From assembly GCA_963754925.1 (NCBI GenBank), contig CAVWHX010000004.1, forward strand, positions 1,184,001 to 1,248,000: a stretch of 64,000 bases of DNA. Reading direction: 5' to 3'. The notes under the pieces were generated by a model. The model was not told where the DNA came from. It was given only the letters and a program-made list of their open reading frames with translations, and did no database searches. Position 1 is the first letter of the stretch. Every line of letters starts with the position of its first letter. The stretch comes from an uncultured delta proteobacterium. GTDB lineage: Bacteria; Myxococcota; B64-G9. Made by a program: the position numbers and the translations under genes. Shown here piece after piece: positions 41,674-52,250 of this stretch.

Positions 41674-42609
41674 GTGTTTAAAATAGTTTGCATATTACCA
41701 AATGGTCCATTAAAGAAGGTGATGAGACGATTTCGTTTATATCATCCATCGCTGAATTATTTAATGGAGCTTTCTAAAGGGAATGAAAAGTCACTGGGCG
41801 CCCGATCGAAAGAATTCAGCGAGATTTTAGAAGATCTTTTGATCAATGGTATCTGGAAACGAACTGGTCCGGGGCGTCTGGCAGTTTTAGATGAATGGGT
41901 CGAAACAGTTTTACCATATCACCTCCCCAAGTCGTTTAAGATATTGGATATAGGGGCATCCGATGGTAGCACCACCTTTGACACGGTGTGTTACTACAAA
42001 GATAACCATGGCATAGAAGTTAAGGCAACTATACTTGAGAGGCAGTTACGCCTACATTGCTTTCGTCGGGGATGGATACGGTATTATCTTACTCATAACC
42101 AATGTCCATTATTATTACAAATTGGCCCATTGGGTGTCTTACTCGAAGAGATAGAGGCCAAAGAAGGATTTGTTTTTAATCCAATTATTCGAGTAATGAA
42201 AAGGTACTTGAAACGCTTTCCGTTAGAAAAGCACATGAGTGATTACGGTGATCTTCTTTTAGAGAATCCTGTGGTTAAAAATAGCCCAGACATAATTTGG
42301 TTGGAGCGAGATCTTTTCCAGTTTGATTCAACACTGGTGGAAACTTTCGATTTCATTCGCTGTTGCAATGTGCTAAATTGCGGTTATTTTAACGAGGCCG
42401 AGATTTATGATGCAATTCGACTACTAGCTCGTTATCTAAAGCCAAAAGGTTTATTATTGGTGTCTCGAACCATAGATGATCCCGCGGGTTCTTTCCACAA
42501 CGCAAGTTTATGGATGAAAAATGGTGAAAAATTACAACATCTATCTGATTTGAATGGTGGGTCCGAAGTTAAAAAACTGGTACCGGTTACCGAAGGTCTC
42601 CATAATTAA
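41674..42609 (+). CDS. Class I SAM-dependent methyltransferase-like protein (CheR-like C-terminus)
   Basis: ILDIGASDGS, FDFIRCCNVL and LKPKGLLL motifs. The true start may be ATG 41649 across an A8 run. Confidence 0.6.
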   Translation: MFKIVCILPNGPLKKVMRRFRLYHPSLNYLMELSKGNEKSLGARSKEFSEILEDLLINGIWKRTGPGRLAVLDEWVETVLPYHLPKSFKILDIGASDGSTTFDTVCYYKDNHGIEVKATILERQLRLHCFRRGWIRYYLTHNQCPLLLQIGPLGVLLEEIEAKEGFVFNPIIRVMKRYLKRFPLEKHMSDYGDLLLENPVVKNSPDIIWLERDLFQFDSTLVETFDFIRCCNVLNCGYFNEAEIYDAIRLLARYLKPKGLLLVSRTIDDPAGSFHNASLWMKNGEKLQHLSDLNGGSEVKKLVPVTEGLHN

Positions 42610-42632
42610 GCCAATTGTCTTATTGATTCGAA

Positions 42633-43709
42633 ATGCGTATACTTCACCTCATACCTAACCTGTCTGGTGGCGGAGCAGAACAACAGCTCAGTTATCTAGC
42701 ACCCGAGTTGGCCAAAATGGGTCATGATGTTCATATTGCCTATATCAAAGAAGGCACTTACAAACCTGAATTGTCCGGCGTTGTTCTTCACAGACTTACG
42801 ACGCGATATAATTATGACCCCTATTTGCTCTGGCAACTGTTTCGAATTGCCCGACTTATCAAGCCAAACATCATAAATACATGGATTTTACAAATGGACA
42901 TTCTAGGGGGAATAGGGGCAAAGCTCAATAAGATTCCTTGGATATTTCGCGAGCCGAGCTCGACCGTGGGCTATTCACCGACATGGAAAAACCGGTTGCG
43001 AGTTCGGGTAGGTTCCTTTGCGAACGCTATTGTATCCAATTCTCGAGGTGGTGACGAATATTGGAAGACCAAGCTTCCGTACAGTCGCCGTTATATCGTA
43101 TCCAACGGATTGCCAATGGACGAAATTGATAATACTGTAGCGGTATTGCCGCTTGGCTTATCAAAGCTGGATGCTCCCATGGTGCTTTGTGTTGGTCGGA
43201 TGATAGCATCCAAGAATCTGAGACTATTTTTGGAAGCGCTGGCATGCGTTAAGCAAGGACATAATGTGTCGGGTATTTTCTGCGGTGAAGGCCCACAGCG
43301 ATCCGAATTGGAGGGGTTGAGACACAAGCTTGGGTTAGATGGGGATGTTCATTTTTTGGGTCATTTGCCGATCGCCTCGGTTTGGGCCATACTCAAAAAA
43401 GCAACGGTTTTTGTATCGCTGAGTGCGTATGAGGGATGTCCCAACACGGTCATGGAAGCCATGGCGTGCGGTTGTCCACTTGTGCTCTCTGATATCCCAG
43501 CGCATCGTGAGATTGTCGATGGACGTTGTGCGTTGTTTGTTGATCCATCAAACTCACAGCAGGTTGCTGATAACATTATTGATACTCTAAGTAATGCGGG
43601 TGCTTCGAGAGGTCGTGCCTTGATTGCAAAACAAAAGACCCGGGATTGGTCAACAGTAGCAATGGCGAGAAATTATGAAAGAGTTTATAAAGATATACTA
43701 TGTCTATAG
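42633..43709 (+). CDS. Family 4 glycosyltransferase
   Basis: GGAEQQ, VGR-x-x-x-x-KN and EGCPNTVMEAMACG motifs. Confidence 0.92.
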   Translation: MRILHLIPNLSGGGAEQQLSYLAPELAKMGHDVHIAYIKEGTYKPELSGVVLHRLTTRYNYDPYLLWQLFRIARLIKPNIINTWILQMDILGGIGAKLNKIPWIFREPSSTVGYSPTWKNRLRVRVGSFANAIVSNSRGGDEYWKTKLPYSRRYIVSNGLPMDEIDNTVAVLPLGLSKLDAPMVLCVGRMIASKNLRLFLEALACVKQGHNVSGIFCGEGPQRSELEGLRHKLGLDGDVHFLGHLPIASVWAILKKATVFVSLSAYEGCPNTVMEAMACGCPLVLSDIPAHREIVDGRCALFVDPSNSQQVADNIIDTLSNAGASRGRALIAKQKTRDWSTVAMARNYERVYKDILCL

Positions 43710-44685
43710 ATGTCGAAAAGTATCAGTGCACAGCCTGCAGCGATTTTTTAGTTTTCGGCAATGGAACGCAAAAAGAAGACGAAAGCATTTGTGAAGGAAG
43801 ACTTTTATGCCGCACCTGTAGAAAACAATACCCCATAATAAATGGAATACCACGTTTTGTTTCCGTTGAGAATTATGCAAGTTCTTTTGGATACCAGTGG
43901 AATATACACCGCAGAACACAGTTGGACAGTTACACGGGCTTACCTCTATCACGAAACCGTCTTTTAATGTTTCCGGATGGTCAGAAAATTTGGAGGGAGA
44001 GCGGATATTAGAGGCCGGTTCTGGTGCGGGACGCTTTACAGAGGCGCTTCTACAAACAGGCGCCGAGGTATATTCCTTCGATTTCTCTAACGCCGTTGAA
44101 GCCAACCAGATAAATAATGGCCACATGCCCAATCTGCATCTTTTTCAAAGTGATATATTCAATATTCCGCTTCCCAAGGAGTCGTTCGACAAAGTTATTT
44201 GTTTGGGCGTGTTGCAGCACACACCTGAGCCCAAACGCAGCTTTATCGAACTCTCAAGGTACGTTAGACCTGGCGGTGAACTCGTCGTAGACGTTTACAA
44301 ATCAACTTTTATCTCGTTATTACATTGGAAATACCTTTTACGACCGGTAACCAAACGGATGAAAAAAGAGAGTCTCTATAAGTTGGTAACACTTCTCGTG
44401 CCTATCATTTTACCGCTCAGTAAATTTATGCGAATGTTGTTTGGGCGGGCAGGGGCTAGGCTGCTCCCAATAGTTGAATATACATACCTCGGACTGCCAC
44501 CAGAGATAAATAACGAGTGGGCTATTCTTGATACCTTCGATATGTATTCTCCAGCCCACGATCATCCGCAATCTTTGCGAACTGTTAAAAAATGGTTTTC
44601 AGAAGCCGGATTTACCGATGCCGTCGTGCAGTACGGTCCAAGTGGTATTGTGGGCAGAGCAAAAAAACGATATGAGAAAAAATAG
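43700..44685 (+). pseudogene. Class I SAM methyltransferase with N-terminal Trm112-like zinc ribbon, frameshift near 43963
   Basis: CTAC...CRTC...YPIINGIPRF and SFGYQW, then LEAGSGAGRF, GVLQHTP and DTFD. Adding one T gives RNRLFNVSGW. Confidence 0.85.
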
Positions 44686-44699
44686 GAAACACTAAAAAC

Positions 44700-46574
44700 A
44701 TGTGCGGTATTGTCGGCATATTTTCAAAATGTCCTATAGACAATCCGAATCGTCTCTTGACGATGCGTGACGCCATGATTCATCGGGGACCAGATAGCGC
44801 AGGAGTTTGGTGGTCTTCAGACAAACGGTTAGGAATGGCGCACCGGCGATTGGCTATTATTGACCTTTCACCGGGTGGTCACCAGCCCATGGAAGATAGC
44901 TCAGGCCGGTATGCTATTATTTTTAACGGTGAAATATATAACTACAAAGAGTTGCGCGAGGAGTTGTTAAGAGCGGGTCATACCTTCCGTTCGAGCAGCG
45001 ATACGGAGGTCCTGCTTGAATCTTACAAAGAATGGGGGAAGAGTTGTTTACAGCGTTTCATAGGTGCTTTCGTATTTGTAATATATGACGACGCCCGCCA
45101 GGAGCTTTTTCTTGCTCGTGATCGGGCGGGTGAGAAACCGTTGTTCTACAAACATTCAAATGATGGTTTTGTTTTCGCGTCGGAACTTAAAGCAATGATG
45201 GCCGACCCGGAATTTTCACGCGAATTAGATTTAGATGCGCTCGACTATTACCTCACCTATGGTTATGTTTCCGGCGACCAAGCAATTCTCAAAGAGACCC
45301 ACAAACTTCCCCCCGGGCACGCCATGATTTATAGTGTGGAAAAGAAGTGCGCAACTATTTGGCGCTATTGGCAACTTCCTGAGAATCTGCCTCGGCCTGG
45401 TGTTTCGACGGATGAGCTTACGGAAGAGCTGAATACAATTCTGTCTGAAGCTGTTCGCAGACAATTGGTGGCTGATGTACCGATTGGTATTTTACTCAGT
45501 GGCGGTATTGATTCATCGCTTATCACCGCCATTGCTGCAAAGGTATCGAACCAGCCGATAAAAACCTTCACTATTTCTTTTCCGGGGCATGGTTCATTTG
45601 ACGAAGGTCCTTATGCCAAATTAGTAGCCGAATATTTTGAAACAGATCATACTGAACTGGTCGCCGAACCAGCCTCGGTATCTCTTTTACCACAGCTTGT
45701 GAGGCAATATGACGAACCGCTGGCCGATCATTCAATCGTACCCACCGCGATGCTCGCTGGTCTTGTCAGGAAGTCCGTTACGGTAGCTCTCAGTGGAGAC
45801 GGTGGGGATGAGCTGTTTGGAGGCTACCCACATTATAATTTCTTGAGGAGGATTGATTGGTTAAGGGAACACATGCCAAAAGGTTTCAGAAAAATATTAT
45901 CATCTATAGCATCCCATGCCTTACCCGTAGGAACGAGAGGGCGGAATCACATTATCGGGTTTGAGGGAAAAGCGGCCTCCAGTGTTAGTGCGATAAATGT
46001 ATATTTCGACAAAGTATTTCGACGAAAGCTTTTGTCACCATTGTATCGTTCTGGTTATATGCCTTCAGTCTCACCTGAATCGAAGAAAATAGCACAGGTC
46101 GATACCTCATTGAACATTTTCCAATTTGCAACAAGAACAGATTTCAAAACAACCATGGTGGATGATTATCTGGTTAAGACGGACCGGGCAAGTATGCTTC
46201 ATTCATTGGAACTACGAGCTCCTTTCTTAGATCACAGGCTCATCGAATTCGCATTCGGGCGGATGCCGGATAATCTACGGGCGACAACGAATGAGCGGAA
46301 GATTCTTCTCAAAAGACTTGCACAACGTCACTTGCCCCTGTCACTGGATATTGATCGCAAACAGGGTTTTTCACTGCCTCTAATGACTTGGTTTAAGGGT
46401 ACGTGGGGGGCTTTTATGACCGATGTATTAATGGAAGCTGAGCCCAGAATTTTTGATAAAAAGGCAATCATGAGCCTGATTAAGGGACAGCGTTGGGGTC
46501 TCGCCAATACAAGCCGTTTGTTTGCATTAACGATGTTCGAACTGTGGCGGCGTGAATATAAGATTACCTGGTGA
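44700..46574 (+). CDS. asnB: Second asparagine synthase-like amidotransferase
   Basis: MCGI, HRGPD, LSGGIDSS, SGDGGDELFGGY and RAPFLD motifs. Confidence 0.95.
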   Translation: MCGIVGIFSKCPIDNPNRLLTMRDAMIHRGPDSAGVWWSSDKRLGMAHRRLAIIDLSPGGHQPMEDSSGRYAIIFNGEIYNYKELREELLRAGHTFRSSSDTEVLLESYKEWGKSCLQRFIGAFVFVIYDDARQELFLARDRAGEKPLFYKHSNDGFVFASELKAMMADPEFSRELDLDALDYYLTYGYVSGDQAILKETHKLPPGHAMIYSVEKKCATIWRYWQLPENLPRPGVSTDELTEELNTILSEAVRRQLVADVPIGILLSGGIDSSLITAIAAKVSNQPIKTFTISFPGHGSFDEGPYAKLVAEYFETDHTELVAEPASVSLLPQLVRQYDEPLADHSIVPTAMLAGLVRKSVTVALSGDGGDELFGGYPHYNFLRRIDWLREHMPKGFRKILSSIASHALPVGTRGRNHIIGFEGKAASSVSAINVYFDKVFRRKLLSPLYRSGYMPSVSPESKKIAQVDTSLNIFQFATRTDFKTTMVDDYLVKTDRASMLHSLELRAPFLDHRLIEFAFGRMPDNLRATTNERKILLKRLAQRHLPLSLDIDRKQGFSLPLMTWFKGTWGAFMTDVLMEAEPRIFDKKAIMSLIKGQRWGLANTSRLFALTMFELWRREYKITW

Positions 46575-46583
46575 AAGTTCAAA

Positions 46584-47726
46584 ATGCGGTTGGGCATTGA
46601 TGCTTCGAATATTAGCGGTGGCGGCGGTGTTACACACTTAAACGAAATACTGAAGGTTGCGCAGCCAATTGCCTATGGCTTTAATCGTGTGATCGTCTGG
46701 AGTCGTTCGGCAACACTTGACAGGATTGTCGATCGGTCTTGGTTGCGTAAATTTTATGATCCTATGTTGGATAAAGCATTACCGTTTCGTTTGTACTGGC
46801 AACGATTTGTCCTTGAACGGTATTTGTGTCAGGAAAAATGTGATGTGCTTCTTGTTCCGGGAGGTGCATTTGTCGGGACATTCAGACCGTTTATAACCAT
46901 GTCACGCAACATGTTACCCTTTGACTGGTCTGAAGCGAGAAGATATAACATATCCTGGATGCACTTAAAGATGACGTTACTTCACTACGTGCAGATTCAT
47001 ACATTTAATAGAGCAGATGGCTTAATATTTCTAACTGACTATGCATATGATATAATAAAAAATAACATGAGAGAAATGCACGGTTTGAGCACCGTTATAC
47101 CGCACGGAATGAATAAGCAATTCCCTCTCGCTCCAAGGGCTCAGCAATCCATTGAAAAATATTCGCCTGAGCGCCCTCTCAAAATTCTCTATGTGTCTAC
47201 CATAGATGTTTTCAAACACCAGTGGCACGTGGCAGAAGCGGTGGCGTATCTTAAGTCTCAACAATTACCTGTTCACCTCGATTTAATTGGTGCTGCATAT
47301 GAACCTGCGCTAAAGCGTCTACGGCGTGTGCTCCAACGGATTGATCCAACAGGTAGTATCATCAACTATCAAGGATTAGTTTCCTATTCTGAATTGTACA
47401 ATTGTTATCACAAAGCGGATATTTTTGTATTTGCTTCAAGTTGCGAGAATATGCCTAATATCCTTATTGAAGCAATGGCGGCAGGATTGCCTATTGCGTG
47501 TTCAAGCCGCGGTCCAATGCCTGAGGTGTTAGGGGATGCCGGGGTATATTTTGACCCTGAAAATCCAGCAGAAATTGCTGAAGTTCTCAGAGGGTTGATT
47601 GAGAATCCTAAGCTACGGGCAGAGAAAGCTGAATTAGCATTTAATAGTGCAAAGAAATTTACTTGGGATCGTTGCGCAAGTAAAACCTTTGAGTTCATTT
47701 CAAAAATTGCTAAGATAAAAACATAA
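46584..47726 (+). CDS. Family 4 glycosyltransferase
   Basis: GGGVTHL, KHQ and ENMPNILIEAMAAGLP motifs. Confidence 0.92.
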   Translation: MRLGIDASNISGGGGVTHLNEILKVAQPIAYGFNRVIVWSRSATLDRIVDRSWLRKFYDPMLDKALPFRLYWQRFVLERYLCQEKCDVLLVPGGAFVGTFRPFITMSRNMLPFDWSEARRYNISWMHLKMTLLHYVQIHTFNRADGLIFLTDYAYDIIKNNMREMHGLSTVIPHGMNKQFPLAPRAQQSIEKYSPERPLKILYVSTIDVFKHQWHVAEAVAYLKSQQLPVHLDLIGAAYEPALKRLRRVLQRIDPTGSIINYQGLVSYSELYNCYHKADIFVFASSCENMPNILIEAMAAGLPIACSSRGPMPEVLGDAGVYFDPENPAEIAEVLRGLIENPKLRAEKAELAFNSAKKFTWDRCASKTFEFISKIAKIKT

Positions 47727-47779
47727 CAAATTAATATTGTAATCGAAGAGATTTAGGATCTCGAAAGTTAAGGTGGAAA

Positions 47780-48805
47780 ATGTTTACAGAAAAGACGCTT
47801 CTTATCACTGGCGGTACGGGGACCTTTGGCAACGCTGTTTTGCAGCGTTTTTTGAAAACCGATATAAGAGAGATTCGTATTTTTTCCAGGGACGAAAAGA
47901 AGCAGGATGAGATGCGTAACGCCTTGAAAAGCCCAAAAGTCAAATTCTATCTTGGAGATGTGAGAGATTACGACAGTATTCTTCCTGCCATGCAAGATGT
48001 TGATTTGGCATTCAACGCTGCAGCACTAAAGCAGGTTCCATCATGCGAATTTTTTCCCGTAGAGGCTGTTCGCACTAACGCCTTGGGCGCCGAAAATGTC
48101 ATGAATTCAGCATTGGCTTGCAAGGTGAAAAATATGATAGTTTTAAGCACCGACAAAGCTGTGTATCCGATTAATGCCATGGGTATGTCGAAGGCACTCA
48201 TGGAAAAAATGATGATTGCTAAGGCACGGACATATGGATCAACGAGCACGATATTTTGCGGAAGCCGCTATGGCAACGTCATGTGCTCCCGGGGTTCAGT
48301 AATTCCATTGTTTATCAGCCAGATCTTGTCTGATATGCCTATTACAGTGACCGATCTTCATATGACCCGGTTCATGATGTCAATTGATGACGCTTTGGAT
48401 CTGGTTGTTTATGCGTTTCAGAATGCGCATCCAGGCGACATTTTTGTTCAAAAGGCGCCGGCGGCCACCATTGAAACCTTGGCAAACGCACTGAAAAAGC
48501 TTTTTAATAAAAAGATTGATATTCATATAATTGGAACCAGACATGGAGAAAAACTGTACGAAACACTTTTGACCCGAGAAGAAATGGCGAGGGCTGAAGA
48601 TTTGGGGAACTATTATCGAATACCTGCGGACATACGAGATCTTAACTATGCCCGTTATTTTACTGAAGGGCAAGCCGAAGTCTCAGGACAAGAGGACTAC
48701 AATTCACATAATACTCGGCAATTAGATGAAGATTGCCTTATTGAGTTACTGGTAAAGCTTGATTTTGTTCGGGATGCTCTTGCAACGGGGAAGATCAATT
48801 TATAA
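47780..48805 (+). CDS. fnlA: UDP-GlcNAc 4,6-dehydratase/5-epimerase (FnlA/WbjB/CapE type)
   Basis: TGGTGTFG, FSRDEKKQ, AALKQVPSCEF, STDKAVYPINAMG and GTRHGEK motifs. Confidence 0.9.
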   Translation: MFTEKTLLITGGTGTFGNAVLQRFLKTDIREIRIFSRDEKKQDEMRNALKSPKVKFYLGDVRDYDSILPAMQDVDLAFNAAALKQVPSCEFFPVEAVRTNALGAENVMNSALACKVKNMIVLSTDKAVYPINAMGMSKALMEKMMIAKARTYGSTSTIFCGSRYGNVMCSRGSVIPLFISQILSDMPITVTDLHMTRFMMSIDDALDLVVYAFQNAHPGDIFVQKAPAATIETLANALKKLFNKKIDIHIIGTRHGEKLYETLLTREEMARAEDLGNYYRIPADIRDLNYARYFTEGQAEVSGQEDYNSHNTRQLDEDCLIELLVKLDFVRDALATGKINL

Positions 48806-48852
48806 AATATTCAACAGCTCCAGGAAGTTCATAAGGCGTTTTTGTATAAGAC

Positions 48853-49751
48853 ATGACAGTTAAGAAAAAGGTCTTGGTTTTGGGTGTTACTGGTATGCTG
48901 GGGCACATGGTCCACAGGGTGCTTGCGGCGTCGGCTACTATTGAAGCACACGGAACACACATCTTAGACAAGCAGTCCCCTTTTTACTTTGATGTGATGT
49001 CTGGTCTAGGAGAACTTGAAATAATTTGTGCCAAGTCGTCACGGTACGACTATTTCATTAATTGTATAGGAATACTTCCGGCAAAGATTGAAGACAAGGA
49101 TCCGGCCAGTATCCGTAAGGCGATCAAAATCAATTCTCTCTTTCCTCACGAATTATCTGCTTTTGCGAAAGATCACGGGGGAAGGGTTATACATATTTCT
49201 ACGGACGGGGTTTTTTCAGGTGATGCAGAGAGCTACTATGAAGACGACGCTCATGACTGCAAAGATCTTTACGGAATAACTAAAAGTCTTGGTGAGGTAT
49301 TTGCTGAGAATTTCCTTAACTTACGTTGTTCCATAATTGGTCCCAGTCCATTCCTTGGCGAAGGGTTAATGGAATGGTTTCTAAAACAACCTACTGGTGC
49401 TGTTGTGCCTGGTTATACAAATCATATATGGCATGGAATTTCTACCTATCAGTTTGGGAATCTCTGTCTCAAGATAATAGAAGGTGACCATTTTGAAAAG
49501 ATTAGAACAGAGTCTTCGGTTTTTCATTTTGCTCCCAATGAGCCTATCACAAAGTACGAACTTCTTCGTCTTTTTAAAGATTATATTTTAATAGAAATGT
49601 TACCATTGAAGCCACTACAAGCGATAATAAGATACACAAGCGTGTTCTTGATACAAAGTTCGGAGGTCTTAAGTATATCTATCCGTACGGTACTTCTGCC
49701 GACAGGATGGTTTCTGAATCGGCTACCTATATGAATAAAAATTGGGGATAA
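48853..49751 (+). CDS. RmlD-like SDR 4-reductase (QnlA/WbvR-like); probable frameshift near 49585
   Basis: GVTGMLG, INCIG, HISTDGVFSG, YGITKSLGE and RCSIIG motifs. The alternative frame gives a more typical C-terminus (KRVLDT) ending at TAA 49751. Confidence 0.82.
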
Positions 49752-49755
49752 TTTT

Positions 49756-51039
49756 ATGCAAGTGGAGACAACTAAACCGATAGGTAAGTTTATACGTCGT
49801 ACGACCTGTCGTTTTTGTACAGGGTCTAATTTAAAAAGAATATTAGGTTTTGGTAATTTTCCGCTGGCTGGTGGTTTTCTCAAGGAAGAACATTTCCGCG
49901 ATGAAAAATATTATCCGCTTAATCTCAACTTATGTCAGGATTGCTTCTTGGTCCAAATAAGTGATGTTGTACCAGCAGAGGTATTATTTAAAGAAAATTA
50001 TTTTTTTTTCTCGTCAGCAATAGGTACCTTACTTGAACATTTTGAAGCCTTTGCCAAGGAAATTCATGAGAGATTTCTTAAGGATAGACGAGAATCATCT
50101 GCGTTTGAACTTGGGTGTAATGATGGTGTTTTACTCAAGCCGTTAGCTGCGCTTGGGGTGCGTGCAGTTGGAATAGATCCGGCCACTAATGTGGTAAATT
50201 CCATCAGTTCGAAAGATATAACGGTAATTAACGATTTCTTTTCTGAAAAACGCGCGATGGAAATCAAAAAAGAATACGGACAATTTGACGTTTTTCTGTC
50301 GAGCTATTCGTTCGCGCATATTGACAATATGATAGACATAATAAAAGGGGTTAAATGTTTATTGAAGGATGACGGAGTTCTCATAATTGAAATTTATTAT
50401 CTTAATACCCTTATCGATGAAATGCAATACGATATGATTTATCATGAACATATGAGTTATTACTCTCTAATATCCTTGAGCAGCTTTTTTAAAAAATATG
50501 ATATGGAGATTTTTGATCTACGATATATTCCAGGAGTACGATCGGGCTCAGTTCGTTTCTATGCAAAAAATATCGGACAGAGATCCGATAAAATATCGTC
50601 AGCAGTTTTTGATATGATTAAATGTGAAGAAAACAAGGGATTTGATAAACCCGAGACATACACGAGGTACGCAGAAAGTGTGGCAGAAACTCGTCGCGAT
50701 CTATTAGAGATGTTAACTCGGCTAAAGAGAGAAGGAAAAACCATTATTGGTTATGGCGCATCTGGCAGAGGGACAATTATTATGAACTATTGCGGTATTG
50801 ATGGCAATTATCTAGATTACGTAGTCGATGATGCACCGGCTAAACAGGGTTTCTTTACTCCTGGAACCCATGTACCAATCAAATCGTGGAATTTTGTTAG
50901 GGGCTCGAAGTTTCCAGATTATGCCGTATTATTTGCGTGGGCTTTTACAGATGAAGTAATTAAAAAGAGACAAGATTATATAAATAATGGCGGGAAATTT
51001 ATAATTCCACTTCCGAAGGTAAGAATATTTCCTGAATAA
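49756..51039 (+). CDS. NDP-sugar C-methyltransferase
   Basis: N-terminal CRFC...CQDC zinc site, ELGCNDG, DMIYHEH, GYGASGRG, KQG-x-x-TPGTHVPI and GGKFIIPLP motifs. Confidence 0.88.
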   Translation: MQVETTKPIGKFIRRTTCRFCTGSNLKRILGFGNFPLAGGFLKEEHFRDEKYYPLNLNLCQDCFLVQISDVVPAEVLFKENYFFFSSAIGTLLEHFEAFAKEIHERFLKDRRESSAFELGCNDGVLLKPLAALGVRAVGIDPATNVVNSISSKDITVINDFFSEKRAMEIKKEYGQFDVFLSSYSFAHIDNMIDIIKGVKCLLKDDGVLIIEIYYLNTLIDEMQYDMIYHEHMSYYSLISLSSFFKKYDMEIFDLRYIPGVRSGSVRFYAKNIGQRSDKISSAVFDMIKCEENKGFDKPETYTRYAESVAETRRDLLEMLTRLKREGKTIIGYGASGRGTIIMNYCGIDGNYLDYVVDDAPAKQGFFTPGTHVPIKSWNFVRGSKFPDYAVLFAWAFTDEVIKKRQDYINNGGKFIIPLPKVRIFPE

Positions 51040-51121
51040 CCGACAAAAATAACTGACAAATAATTTCTATTTTAACTAAAGAAGGTCAGCCGGTATCGAG
51101 TAGATACATTGGAGGTATGGG

Positions 51122-52207
51122 ATGAAGGTGATGACAATAATGGGTACAAGACCAGAGATGATTAAAATGTGGTCTGTATTGAAAAAATTGGATTTACTTA
51201 AATTTTAATCATATAATGGTTCATACAAGCCAAAATTTCACAAAGGAACTAAGAGATTTCTTTTTTAGAGACCTGGAATTAAGACCCCCAGATTTTAATC
51301 TCGAGATCAACACGAGTTCGTATGGAAACGAAATTGCTGATGTAATACGAAAGAGTGCAGAATTATTTGCAAAGGTAGAACCCGATGCATTAATTGTTCT
51401 TGGGGATACACATAGTGGGTTGTCGGTCTTGCCAGCATCACATCATGGCGTGAAAATATTTCACATGGAAGCCGGTTTAAGGGCATGGGATAAACGAATG
51501 CCGGAACAAAAAAATCGCATTTTAATAGAATCACATATCAGATATTTTATTGCCTTTCAATCAGTATCACAGAGAGAATTTAATAAGAGAAAATATCCAT
51601 CCTTCGAAGATCTTTGTTACGGGTAATCCAACATTTGAGGTGATGCGGGCTTTTCAAGATAAAATTAGAAATAGTGACATCCTCGATGTGTTAAGTGTTA
51701 AACCCAATGAGTATGTCGCGGTTACGGTGCATAGAAAGGAGAATGTTGACGATCCAGAATCGCTGCGGGCGATTCTGAAAGGGCTTTCTCTAGTTAGCGA
51801 AAAATTAAAAAAAGAAGTTATTTATCCTATGCATCCTAGAACTAAAAGCAAAATACAAGGAATGTCCATATCGAAAGGTATAAGAGTAATTAAACCGTTG
51901 GGATTTTATGACTTTTAATTTTTTAAATATGAATGCATTTTGTCTCCTCGGGGATTCCGGAACAACTCCTGAGGAAGGTTTGTTCTATAAAGTTCCATGT
52001 GTCAGTATACGTAAGACCACTGAGCGTCCTGAAACAGTGGAAGCTGGTGCTCATGTAGTAGCGGGAATTGATCCCAATAATATCGCTGAGTCCGTTGAGA
52101 CGGTTGTAAGCATGAAATGGAACGCGAGATATGATTTATGTGATGATTATAGTCCTTCATCGGTTGTAATTAACGTGCTTAGAGGCAACATAACGAATTA
52201 TTTTTAA
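51122..52207 (+). pseudogene. Non-hydrolysing UDP-N-acetylhexosamine 2-epimerase (FnlC/QnlB/WecB family), three 1-nt frameshifts near 51200, 51530 and 51915
   Basis: GTRPE, HT-x-Q, LGDT, HMEAGLR, TVHRKEN, HPRT, DSG and TERPE motifs distributed over four frame segments. Confidence 0.88.
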
Positions 52208-52250
52208 TACACATGTTATATAATTATTTTATTTGATAAGGGATATATAG

